A stretch of DNA of 64,000 nucleotides from Amoeboaphelidium protococcarum X5 (lineage: Eukaryota; Fungi; Aphelidiomycota). Under the pieces are notes generated by a model, which ran no database searches, was not told the DNA's origin, and was given only the letters and a program-made list of their open reading frames with translations. The translations under genes were made by a program, and so were the position numbers. Location of the stretch: positions 444,708-508,707 of the forward strand of contig JALDTO010000266.1 of assembly GCA_023515725.1 (NCBI GenBank), given 5' to 3'. Of the stretch, positions 1 to 12,115 are shown piece by piece; within the stretch, counting starts at the first letter, position 1, and every line of letters begins with the position of its first letter.

Positions 1-612
1 ACTATACCTCCGGGATGGACTGCTGTATGGGACGATAATGAGGGGGATTATTATTTCTGGAATAAATAGACCAACGAGACAACATGGGATAATCCAAGCG
101 CTGTAGACAAGGATACCGAATAGCCTCTAATAGATCACCATGAACCTTCATAGTCTTAACAAGATGCTGGTAAGAGCTAAATTCAATATCAAGACTATGT
201 TGTTACTGCATCGTTTGGCGCGCATACTAATAAATTCAAGTCTGATCTAAGTGCTGCATCAAAGCCTGCATAGTAGATCAATTCCCAAGTGACTGTATCA
301 GACATTTAACAATCTTTACAACAACATAATGGCAAGAGACGTCAAAACCAAGGCGCCATGAAGCAAATGAACGCGTTTTTCAACTACGACGAATGGATCT
401 CATAGCGAAATACCGAGATACATTAACAGACGAGTGACGGCATGAATAATGTACCCGCTGTTACCAACTCATAATAATAATAATAATCTGCATCTGTAAA
501 GTAAACCAAAGATGGAAAAGTGAAGAAGCCAAGCAAACGGTAAATGAAACGTTTCAGAGAGAAGAAAGCTGCGAAACAGAGCGAGAAGAACAAATGGCTG
601 TTTGAAGATTGA
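1..612 (+). CDS. WW-domain protein, 5'-partial copy (duplicate of 36260..36907)
   Basis: With TAR=Gln reads IPPGWTAVWDDNEGDYYFWNKQTNETTWDNP (WW domain) and ends ...KPSKRQMKRFREKKAAKQSEKNKWLFED-TGA. The start lies outside the window or is truncated. Confidence 0.85.
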
Positions 613-1366
613 AACGTTCCGCTGATTAGTTTCTCGATGCGGGGACCCGTCTTCTCTTTATTGTATCGTTGCGTTGGGGTTATTATTGATTGATTTAGTT
701 CCATTATATTTGAGCATGATGTTGAATAAACGTATCTTTGTGGGATAATCTTTGTTTACATATTCGAAATTCACATATCAATTCAGAGCGTATTCAAGTA
801 AGCCACTAGAAGTCCATGATGGACGCGTTTTGTTCATTGATGCTACTGGTAAAAACAATGGTCTGTGTGATCTCGCCATTTTATAAAAGGCTGTATAGTC
901 TGGGGAATATGGACCTGCAGCTAGTCTCATTAAAGTGTCTGATAATCATAATATGGATGGGAAAATTGTGTCAGTGTATAGAGTACAGACTAAAGATTAA
1001 GAATCTGCCGACGTGTCACCTCGCTCCGTATCACCGACCGTCACAGTGGCGAACAAGGTTAGAAAGTGGAAAGAAGTCAAGATTAGTGAATCTATTGGAG
1101 CAAACGATTTAAATGTAAAGATAAAGCAGATTAAATCGTCTCTATAATCTGATCACCCGGTCAAAGTGGTGTTGAATGCTGATAAGAAGCGCAAGAGTTA
1201 ATTCAGCCTGTCTAAGCCAAACTTTGGACCCGACATTCTGAAATAGATCAAGTAAACATTATCCAGCGATGGCTCACTAAAAGGCATTAAATTCACAGAA
1301 CCTTCTCGTGTGAATGACTTTTAATGGCTAGCTCAGATTTAGCCGTCGGTTAAGAAATAGAATTGA
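5..1366. repeat. Left copy of a 1362-bp inverted duplication (partner 35506..36867)
   Basis: Reverse-complement identity with coordinate sum 36872. Only a handful of substitutions were seen by eye. Confidence 0.97.
716..1366 (+). CDS. Mitochondrial translation initiation factor IF-3-like protein (216 aa)
   Basis: Basic presequence-like N-terminus and IF3-C-like motif KEVKISESIGANDLNVKIKQIKSSLQSDHPVKVVL. Open to TGA with TAR=Gln. Confidence 0.7.
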
Positions 1367-1677
1367 TAAGATATTCATTCTCATCCTTTTGATTGACACC
1401 ATAAAGCCGCGATATGAACTTCGTTTATAAAATGATGTCCATTAATGCTGCAAATATACTCCCAATCACGATGACAGACGTATAATGTTTCGACCGTAAT
1501 GGACGTGAGGATGTTCGAATGCCTATTCTCATTTTGTCATAAAAGGTTTGAAATCGGTAATAGATTAGATGCTTATCTTTCCAGCAAGAGAATATCAAAT
1601 AAACATCAAGTTCTCGTAATAAGTAGATATAAATTACATCATTCACCTTCTTACACTATAACATACACATACACACA

Positions 1678-4017
1678 TCATAACTATCCTCTCAAGGCCG
1701 CAGCTTCTCTCTTTTAGCGCTCAAGTTCAAGCAGTTCAATTCCACCAGTTTTCTTCAACTTTCTCTCCCCAACGAATCCATCCAGTTCGCGCTTAAATGC
1801 CTCACTCGGATCTTCTGATTGCTTTGCAGTCAGTTCTTTCTTTCTCATCTTCTCATTCAACTCTATAGCTTTTAATCTCTTGACAGAATCAATTTCTACA
1901 GCGGAGAGTTCGATCATCACAGACATAATACCACTGTGCATATCGTCCACATCAGGCATGACAAATCGTTTAGATGAGGTCACGTCAGAAGTCTCTTTCA
2001 ACTCCACAATTTTTTGAGCATGTTGTAGCACTGGTTCAATAGCGGATAAATCCTCTTCTATTCGCAACGCCTTTTCTTCAATCTTCTTTAAAAATCCTTG
2101 CTCATTCACCACCTGCTTAAGCTCATCTTCCCAAGTGGACTTCCAAACAGGCTTCACATTACCCAAATACTAGAAGATTCTCTTCATCTCCCCATTCAAC
2201 TTGGATAAAGTGGTGTGGAATGTTTCCAGAGTAACCTTTGACGGAATTCTCTATCTATTGAGGATATCTTTGCGCATCTCCTCCACTTCATCGTACAAAT
2301 CATTCAGGTCATCATTCAACTGATCAACCTCTTTCTCAAGCACAACTTTACCTTATTCAATCATACTTCTCTTTGTCTGGTGATCAATCACATTATCTGT
2401 CAAAATTGTTTTATTTACAGACATCATGACACCTTGCAACTTTACAAAATCCTATTAAACTTAAGCATACTACTCTTTGAATGTCTGCTTCTAAATGAAT
2501 ACTTCAGCTTTAATAGACTTCAATTAGGAAAGTCTACTTTGGAGATTAGACACGACTCTAGCTCCAACCAGGCGATCTCTGTCAACTTTCGCCCGGCTGC
2601 TATTGGATGTACTACTTTTTTTAGAGACATCATTCTCAGCAGGATACTACTGTGCACTTGTTAGTGGTATTACTTGTGGCACACTGAGTCTCTTTTACGG
2701 CTATTGCTTTTACAACTACTATTACTGCTGCTATTACTAATTTTAAATCTAAGCTGCAGCAATCTAAGCAGCATGAACCTATTACTGCTGCTATTAATGA
2801 GATTCAAAGGCAACTTTAAAATCCTTAACTGAAGACATCACCTCTTTGAGTTCTTATCCAAAAGCATTCAGAGAGTGATCAAGAGCCTTTTTGACTTCAC
2901 TCATAGCTGAACTATCAGAATTCAATCTCAACATGGCGCCATCAGACAAAACATTCGGTTCATTCGCAATCATATCCTCAGTTAATTCATACCAAATCTG
3001 ATACTTCTTGTCATACACGTAGATGCTCAAATACGTGCCCTCATCCAACTTCTTATAACCAAATTGCTCCACAAATAGCATCTACAGCTTGGTAAGAGAC
3101 AACTCTAACCACGCATCCAATAACACCTTCTTTGTTTAATTTCCATCCAGTAGAAATATCTGGACAGACTTTTAAAGTACAGGATTAACTGGTCGCTACT
3201 CTTACGATGATGCAGGCGGTGGGGCTTTAATCTATGGAGTTGGCTCTCTAGTTAACTTGGCTTCTAACACTCCATCCGCATTACCTGCTCTGGTCATAAT
3301 AGATCTGGTGTCAGAGAGATCTTTCATTGGCTTATCTTGAGGATTGTTCTTTGATGCCAATACTGCGGTCAGGTCCATGTAACTATCAACTACAGAAGCA
3401 GCTGATGAAGATTGAGCAGAGTCTAAACGACTATTGCTTCCCTCAGGAATTCCAACACTAACAGAGCTACCTATACCACCGTTGCTATCACTACTCAATA
3501 TGCTGAATCGATTAGATCCACTTTAAGCTAGATCTGACAGACTGCCAGCAGCTAGTTTACCTCTTACTTCCTCAATCAAGAATCTCTTCAGCTCTGTGAT
3601 AGAGCTAACAACCTTCAGTGCGAGAGAGCTGAACACTTCAGGCATCATGGCCTACTCGTCTCCATGGCTGTAGTTGATGAAAGCCTCCAGATGCATCTTG
3701 ATTCGAGGCTCAAATTCCAAGAGATACTCATCCAGACCATCTTTCACAGACTACTCAGTAATACCATCCTGTACCTCATGCAGAGCCTAAACCAATAGCA
3801 TGTACTCATTGTTCACCATAGTCTCAAGTTCATCTCTAAATTTATCAATCTTGACATTGGCAGCCAGTTTATTCACACAATTGGCCACAATCTCTGCATG
3901 TTTCATAGACTTGGAAATGTTATCCTACTTCCTTAGTGTATTACCATGCTTCAGAGTGTTGTATCCCATCTAAGAGTTGCTTCTACTCAACGACTACTGA
4001 GGCAGCAGTTTGAACAT
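1678..4017 (-). CDS. BUD6: Bud6/Aip3 actin-interacting polarisome protein (779 aa)
   Basis: Track ORFs 1714..2166, 2854..3081 and 3232..3498 share one frame joined by TAR codons. AIP3 motifs KPVWKSTWEDELKQVVNEQ and FKRELDGFVGERKLKKTGGIE. Confidence 0.85.
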
Positions 4018-4603
4018 TTATAATTGTGCCACGAGAGCTGTGTGATGCGCCGTTGTTTCAAACAAAAAAGAATTCCATTCGGCCTTTCCTTTCCTCTAAG
4101 CAACAGGGCATCAACATCAACTGCGATGACACGGAGATTAACTGACAGAAATGAGAGACAGCGACGAACTGAAACGACAAAGGAGAATACGGTACAGTGA
4201 AGCAGAAGAAACGGCTTTGGTAATAATTTAGGCGCGAAACTAATGTTTTGCCTACTATTGTACAGTAATAGATTTCATTTTACTGTGACTTTTATGTGGT
4301 GAAATCTCAATCTGAGACTGTATCGGCAACTTTATTTTTAATCTCGAGACTGTATAGATATAATATAGAGTTAAATTAATACTTTTATATGGCCGTAACT
4401 ATTAAATAGTAAAATTCAAAGTCTTTCTAGATCTCGACGTGTTATGAATAGTGTTCATGAGAGCCGCGTTCATACGAGTCTCTCCCTGCGACGCTTTCTC
4501 TTTCCAAGATGAGACGACTGAAGTGAACGTTTCTCTGTTCCGCGAATTCGACTTGAACTTTTCAGCTTCTGTGAAGAAACAACTACTAAAACATTGAGCA
4601 AAA

Positions 4604-5380
4604 ATGTCATCAATTGGAACTGGGTACGATTTATCAGCGTCAACATATTCTCCGGATGGAAGAATATTCCAGGTCGAGTATGCTACTAAGGCTGTGGACA
4701 ATAGCGGTACTAGTCTGGGCATTCGATGCAAGGATGGTGTTGTTGTGGCACTGGAGAACTTGAAGCACTCCAAGCTACTGACTCCTGTGTCAAAGGCTGT
4801 GTAAAATGGTAGAATCTAGGCAGCGGATGCGCATGTTGGTTGTGCATCGAGCGGAATCCTCGCTGATGGTCGTCATGTTATTGGTCGTGCGAAGGAGGAG
4901 TGCAAGAGCTATCGCGACATTTATCGCTCCGGCATCAGAGCCAACATTATCGCTGAGCGTATTGGTATGTACGTTCAGGCGTACACTCTGTACAGTAGTG
5001 TTCGCCCATTTGCCGCTTCTGTTATTGTTGCCTCAATGGATCAGTATGACGGACCTCAGTTGTACATGGTTGAACCTTCCGGTCTGTACTGGGGATACAA
5101 TGGATGTGCTGCGGGCAAGGGGAGAGCTATTGTGAAGACTGAGCTGGAGAAGTTGGATTTCTAGTAGCTGACAGTGCGTGAAGCCGTGAAGCATGCTGCC
5201 AGAATTATCAACTTGGCTCATGACGAGAGTAAGGACAGAGATTATGAACTTGAAGTCGCTTGGGTGTGCGAGGAGAGCAAGATGAAGTTTTAACGTGTTC
5301 CACAGCAGTTGGTAGATGAAGCTGTTCAATTGGCATAGTAGTCCTCTGCTGATAGCGACAGAGATGAGATGGAAGATTGA
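4604..5380 (+). CDS. PRE10: 20S proteasome subunit alpha-7 (PSMA3/Pre10, 258 aa)
   Basis: [27 protein letters not shown]...[14 protein letters not shown], acidic tail, TGA at 5378-5380. Confidence 0.97.
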
Positions 5381-5431
5381 TTTTTATCACAATATTTGTC
5401 CATGTATTTACCAACTAGTTTGAAATTTGCA

Positions 5432-7193
5432 TCAAATCACACTTTTCTAGTATATTCGAACCTCCTCTTTCATTTAAAAGTAACCGCAAATGCAGAACAC
5501 TTCTCGCTTGGAAAATACTCATACCACACAAGGTGTGATGTACTTTAGCGAAACACCTCACAAAGTGTGAGGCATTCACTAAAGCGATAAAATAAGATTT
5601 CGCAGAATTAAATCACACTTTTCTAGTATATTCGAACCTCCTCTTTCATTTAAAAGTAACCGCAAATGCAGAACACTTCTCGCTTGGAAAATACTCATAC
5701 CACACAAGGTGTGATGTACTTTAACGAAACACCTCACAAAGTGTGAGGCATTCACTAAAGCGATAAAATAAGATTTGGCTGCATTAAATCACACTTTTCT
5801 AGTATATTCGAACCTCCTCTTTCATTTAAAAGTAACCGCAAATGCAGAACACTTCTCGCTTGGAAAATACTCATACCACACAAGGTGTGATGTACTTTAG
5901 CAAAACACCTCACAAAGTGTGAGGCATTGTCAAACCGCGATAAAATAAGATTTCGCAGAATTAAATCACACTTTTCTAGTATATTCGAACCTCCTCTTTC
6001 ATTTAAAAGTAACCGCAAATGCAGAACACTTCTCGCTTGGAAAATACTCATACCACACAAGGTGTGATGTACTTTAACGAAACACCTCACAAAGTGTGAG
6101 GCATTCACTAAAGCGATAAAATAAGATTTGGCTGCATTAAATCACACTTTTCTAGTATATTCGAACCTCCTCTTTCATTTAAAAGTAACCGCAAATGCAG
6201 AACACTTCTCGCTTGGAAAATACTCATACCACACAAGGTGTGATGTACTTTAGCGAAACACCTCACAAAGTGTGAGGCATTCACTAAAGCGATAAAATAA
6301 GATTTGGCAGCATTAAATCACACTTTTCTAGTATATTCGAACCTCCTCTTTCATTTAAAAGTAACCGCAAATGCAGAACACTTCTCGCTTGGAAAATACT
6401 CATACCACACAAGGTGTGATGTACTTTAGCGAAACACCTCACAAAGTGTGAGGCATTCACTAAAGCGATAAAATAAGATTTGGCAGCATTAAATCACACT
6501 TTTCTAGTATATTCGAACCTCCTCTTTCATTTAAAAGTAACCGCAAATGCAGAACACTTCTCGCTTGGAAAATACTCATACCACACAAGGTGTGATGTAC
6601 TTTAGCGAAACACCTCACAAAGTGTGAGGCATTCACTAAAGCGATAAAATAAGATTTGGCAGCATTAAATCACACTTTTCTAGTATATTCGAACCTCCTC
6701 TTTCATTTAAAAGTAACCGCAAATGCAGAACACTTCTCGCTTGGAAAATACTCATACCACACAAGGTGTGATGTACTTTAGCGAAACACCTCACAAAGTG
6801 TGAGGCATTCACTAAAGCGATAAAATAAGATTTGGCAGCATTAAATCACACTTTTCTAGTATATTCGAACCTCCTCTTTCATTTAAAAGTAACCGCAAAT
6901 GCAGAACACTTCTCGCTTGGAAAATACTCATACCACACAAGGTGTGATGTACTTTAACGAAACACCTCACAAAGTGTGAGGCATTCACTAAAGCGATAAA
7001 ATAAGATTTGGCTGCATTAAATCACACTTTTCTAGTATATTCGAACCTCCTCTTTCATTTAAAAGTAACCGCAAATGCAGAACACTTCTCGCTTGGAAAA
7101 TACTCATACCACACAAGGTGTGATGTACTTTAACGAAACACCTCACAAAGTGTGAGGCATTCACTAAAGCGATAAAATAAGATTTGGCAGCAT
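5432..7193. repeat. Tandem array, 10 copies of a 176-bp unit containing several hairpins
   Basis: Unit starts (aatcacactttt) at 5435, 5611, 5787, 5964, 6140, 6316, 6492, 6668, 6844 and 7020. Copies are near-identical and lie between two convergent genes. Confidence 0.97.
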
Positions 7194-7366
7194 TTTCGAT
7201 TATTTTCAGTACTCTCTTACAGCAAATCACTAGCAGACGGGTGGACCCACTTTAGACTAATTCCATACCGAGCCTACTATTAATAATCGACTCGAAAACG
7301 TACAAAAAGAGACTAATATGAGATCGTGTAGTGAAGATACTATCATTATTTTCTTACCATGTGAAA

Positions 7367-8926
7367 TCACAATTCATCGTGAATGTCTGCATCCTCATCG
7401 TGGTCATCCTTGAGACCATCCTTGATTTCATGATCATCTTCCTCATCTTCATCCTCATCTTTCTTCTCCTCCTTCTTCTTAGGCTCAGGCACTTCAAACT
7501 TAATCTCAGCATTGTCCTACAAGAATTTCAAAAAGCCTTCCAAGGAGCGATCACCGTTAAAGTCAACCACTTTATTAGTCTTGGCCTTAAACAATTTGAT
7601 AGTTGGGAAGCCTTCAATCTGGAATCCGACACCTTGAGGCAGATCATTGTCGATAGAGTCCATCTTGGCAATGACAATAGATGGGATAGATGAAAGCTAT
7701 TCGGCCAACTCTTCGTAGATCGGAGCCAATCTCTTACAATGCCCACACCAAGGCGCATAGAACTCAATCAGGACATCCTTCTCAGTGTCCATCACAATCT
7801 CCTTGAATTGATCAGCCACGACAACTTTAACAGGTTCATCATTACTCTCTGGGATAGGAGCAGATTTGATGCTTGGCTTCAGATTGCCGGCGACAAAATC
7901 ATCAACAAACTTATTAAGATTGTCGGCAGTGAGATCCTTCTCCTAATCAAATGGATACTTGGTGTTCTCCTCGGGTTCTTGAATAGCAAATGCTGGCCAT
8001 TACTCCTTCAAGTTCAAGTTGCTTGCATGACCACCAAATTGCTTGGCGTCGATGAAAACAAAGTTCACCTTGCCGCGATACTTCTTAGCCAGATCAGTTA
8101 CAATTGGAGACAAATCCTTGCGGTGTCCGTCATCCTCATTGATGAAAGCATAGGCCAGCGGGAGTCCAGATTCAACGTACTTCATGTAGTTCTCAGGACC
8201 AATATCCGCCACCAAAGGCACAGAGTTAACGGCAACAAACTTTTCAATCTTCTCAACATCCAAATCTTTGCCATCAAACACCACCTTGCCTTCATCAAAG
8301 CTCTTGTACAGCACCAGGCCTGGAGTCTTTGACACTTCGTGCTCCTTTGCAAGTGCCTTGTCAACCACGACACCAAAGACAAAGTCATCACGCAGCTTAC
8401 CGGCCACCTCTTCGAAAGACTTGTACTCATCACCACTCTTCTTTGCAAAGTAACCCACCACCAGGACCTTGTTGTCAGTCTTCAACTGTTCAAAATTGTC
8501 AGCGGTGACATCGCTAACAGCAGGCAGCAATTGCTTCTTCAAGTATGCCACCATTTCAGTAGCCTGACGTGCCTTGGTGTACTCTGACGGCTTACCAGAG
8601 CGGAAAACCTTCAACGTTGGATAACCTTGGACACCGGCAGCGGCACAAATGTCATTCTCAGTGGTACAGTCAACCTTGGCCAGCTTCACCTCTCCCAGCA
8701 ACTGCTTGGCAGCATCAATGTATTCAGGAGCCAGTGCTTTACAATGACCACACCAAGGAGCATAGTACTCCACCAGAGTCAGCTTCTCATTATCAATGTG
8801 AGACTAATAATTATCCTTAGTCAGCACGACGACGTGATCATCCTCGGCAGACTCATCGGCATCAGCGCGAACATTCATAGCCACGTAGGCAAACGCAGCC
8901 AAACTTAAATGCTTCAAAAACTTCAT
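7367..8926 (-). CDS. PDI1: Protein disulfide isomerase (519 aa)
   Basis: Signal peptide, two APWCGHC thioredoxin motifs, acidic tail, C-terminal HDEL-TGA. Confidence 0.97.
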
Positions 8927-9327
8927 ATCTGAATATGATCTTTATATAAACTACCGGCTTACTTGCTTTTTTTGAAAGTAAAATAAGATGTTGAACCAGA
9001 TGGTTGAACTTACAGGCGTTGAAGAGAAAGAGAGATTGCCCGAAGAAGAAGCCGCGCGATGGCTTGTAACGGGCTCTCTCTCTTCTATCTCGCTGTCGTG
9101 ACCAACGCGAATAACATATCAGCGACAAGACAATTGGCACGCGGACGTTGAATTGTACTCAATCATATCTAGTGTACCAACACTTCAAAAGATCTTTTAA
9201 AGAAATTTATAGTTGTATACATTGATTCTATTGCACTATCATTACAACTCAAGTTCAAATACATATTACATCTACCTGTCATTTTCCTCAATAAATTTTT
9301 GCTTCTTACAGTCAATTAGGCAAAGCG

Positions 9328-10008
9328 ATGATACAACTGATTTATATACGAAACATGGATCAAGATATAAAAATTCATTAGGACACCAGCGTCGACCACA
9401 TAGCAGGCAAGTTATGGGAAGCTGCGCCATTCTTGATATAGTATCTGTAATGCGACTTGGTTAATAGACTAGAGCAAAGTTGCTATAGAACGTTTTCAGT
9501 ATTAGAGCTTGGTAGCGGAACGGGTTATGTTGGTATTCATATGGCGCGTATGCTCAGTAAAATCGTGTAAAGTGGAGTACAGAATGCGTTTAATGTTGTA
9601 TTGACTGATATTGAAGCAGCTTTACCACTTATTTAGAGTAATATATCCCGTAATCTGCATCTTATGGATGAGAAAGTCAGTATATAAGCAATGCAGTATG
9701 ACTGGATCGATTATTAAAATCCTAATGTGGTAGAAGGTTCAAAGTGCGATCTGATATTAATTTCAGATTGCGTGTATTGGGAGCATTTGCATCTGCCCTT
9801 ATTAAACGCCATTGATTACGTCACAAGTCATAATGAAAAGGCAGAAGTATTGATAAGTTATCGGCAGAGAGAACTTGTTAAGGAGTACTCGTTCTTTGAT
9901 AAACTTGGAGTAAAATTTTTTTATGGAGATTATCTCATAAGACGATACATTACGACTTATTAGATGTCGGAGGAAGCAGAATATAAAATAAAACGCGTCA
10001 TACGATGA
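9328..10008 (+). CDS. METTL21/Methyltransf_16-family protein methyltransferase (226 aa)
   Basis: Motifs AGKLWEAA, VLELGSGTGYVG, VVLTD and DLILISDCVYW. Confidence 0.88.
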
Positions 10009-10195
10009 TTAGTGGTGGTGTATGTGTTTAAATAGCATTGATATAAGTTTGTGAGTTGAGATTACGCGTCGTGGTGATGCGATACAAAGTTGTTGTTTCA
10101 GCTCGTTTTAGTTCCTCCCACACTGAGCCGTTTCTTGTTTACACTCCCATCCCTATATACAGTAGTCAGTAACATAATTTTTGATAACTTTCATA

Positions 10196-11188
10196 ATGGT
10201 TAGATAAGCAACTCCGTTAGATCTTTATGAAAAATTGGAGACAGACTTGCAGGCGAGGTATCTTAAAGAGAGTACGGATAAGATAAACTTTCGACAATAT
10301 CAAGAAGCCAGCGAAAGCGTGAAAGATTTTTACCGTCAAAATCACAAGAATTAAACTTTAGAGTTTGGTAATATCCGCCTTATATTAGAATGTAATATTC
10401 CTAGTATGTTTATCAGTGTCATGTAGTGTTGAGTAAAAAGGAACAATATCAACATTTACATTTCGGTCAATATGGAGTCTGGGAGGCATTGGAGATTTTG
10501 GATTAATTAGTAGACTCTGTAAGTTTTACAATTACAGTAGCATATTATAAAACTATGATATTACTATCAAATGCACTATTATCTATGAGTGTAGAGTGAT
10601 CCTGATACTGAAAATTCTCAGTTGGTGCACGCGTTGCAGTCGGCAGAGGCGGCAAGGAAAAGTGGCGAGTCGCGGCTGATGCAGCTCACTTGCCTAATCC
10701 ACGATCTCGGAAAACTTTTGGCTCTCAAGGGCGGTGAACCTCAATGGGCCGTCGTTGGTGACACGTTCCCCGTCGGTTGCCGGTTTGATGAACGCGTCGT
10801 GTATCATTAGTACTTTGCAGAACAGGGGAATCCAGATCTACATCATCCCGTATACTCTACGCTTCATGGTATCTATAAGCCTCACTGTGGCTTGTCCTAG
10901 GTGCACATGAGCTGGGGACACGATGAGTACTTGTATCAGGTATGTCGACCGTATCTGCCTGAAGAGGCGCTTTACGCTATCAGGTACCACTCGTTCTATT
11001 CTGCACATAGGGAAGGCGCGTATTCGTATCTTCTGGATGAGCGCGATCATCAGATGATGCCGTTCTTGAAAAGCTTTAATAAGTATGACCTCTATTCCAA
11101 GGCTGATAATCCTATTTCAGTGCAAGAATTGATGCCTTACTACACCCAGTTGATTAGTGAATACTTCCCGGAGAAGATTCAGTTTTGA
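10196..11188 (+). CDS. MIOX: Myo-inositol oxygenase; introns 10368..10426 and 10519..10594
   Basis: FRQY...[67 protein letters not shown]. The GT-AG introns restore the frame. Confidence 0.95.
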
Positions 11189-11315
11189 AAATCACAAGTT
11201 AATACCCAGCAAGATTAAAGACCAATTGATGTACAGTATGATAACGTATACTATGAGTGCAAGTATATTATTGACAAGTTATAATATTTTACATCTATCA
11301 TCATCATTAATACTG

Positions 11316-11891
11316 TCATTTTTTATCAAGATCCTCAGAGTCGAAAATTTGTTTTATCAATGGAGAATCTTCCAACTAATCAGTACTAGAATGCGGTCTC
11401 CGCCGAAGACTTTCTTGTTCAGATTGAGGCATTCGATCTACAAAAGATAATGGGAACAATCACAATGATGATGCTTATAAACACTATAAGATACTTTGTA
11501 AAGACGTGACACTTACTTTTAAGGATCAGCGATATACCAGCACCAAGTGAGAAAGTCATTCCAACAATGAACATTGTGAATCCGCGTCTACAATATAAGA
11601 TTCAGATACGTGATATTTAGCATTAACTTGTATATGAACCTACTCTCGTCGCTTATAGAGTCTTTTCTAATCTATAGACATATCAGCAAAGGCCAATGGT
11701 CGCTACTAAGTCTAACGTGCACCTGATGGTTCATTATTTATATGGTTGGAATCCGCTGAAGATCGAACATTCACTCGATCATTACTAGTGGTATCTGGAT
11801 GACTCTTGCGGTCGACGCGTCCTTATCGATCTTTAACTCTTGCATTTAACTCTTTATTGTTCTACTCAATATTTCTATTAAATTTGATCAT
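11316..11891 (-). CDS. Small hypothetical single-pass membrane protein; introns 11588..11643 and 11438..11516
   Basis: Open frame with TAR=Gln, two GTAG/GTAA...TTGTAG introns, hydrophobic segment GFTMFIVGMTFSLGAGISLIL. Confidence 0.55.
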
Positions 11892-12115
11892 AATATATTA
11901 ACTGAACAAATCGCAATCGATCTATAAATCTTGAAAACGAGAAGAGAATGACTAAAGGTAACAAGTACTATTTTTACCGTGTAGTGTTGCTTAATTGAGA
12001 GTACTTTATAGATTTTGTATTATTTCAACGTGAATAAAAACAAAATGTAGCAAAACGTTAAATTATTACTAATTTCTTAGCTATATATAAAATCATTAAA
12101 TTATCAGTAATAATG

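Noticed and set aside
423-1112. Track ORFs 423..704(-) and 816..1112(+) and their mirrors at 35.7-36.4 kb
   Set aside because: Antisense or off-frame shadows of the WW and IF3 genes.
5450-5466. tRNA/SINE or hammerhead ribozyme in the repeat unit (GGTTCGAAT on the minus strand)
   Set aside because: No cloverleaf, no convincing A box and no CUGANGA core.
5432-7193. Canonical CRISPR array
   Set aside because: Units are 176 bp and near-identical with no unique spacers, there are no cas genes, and the context is eukaryotic.
5755-7230. Track ORFs within the tandem array
   Set aside because: The 176-bp period is not a multiple of 3. The NAAK segment only weakly recalls a TnpB C-terminus and is not enough to call.
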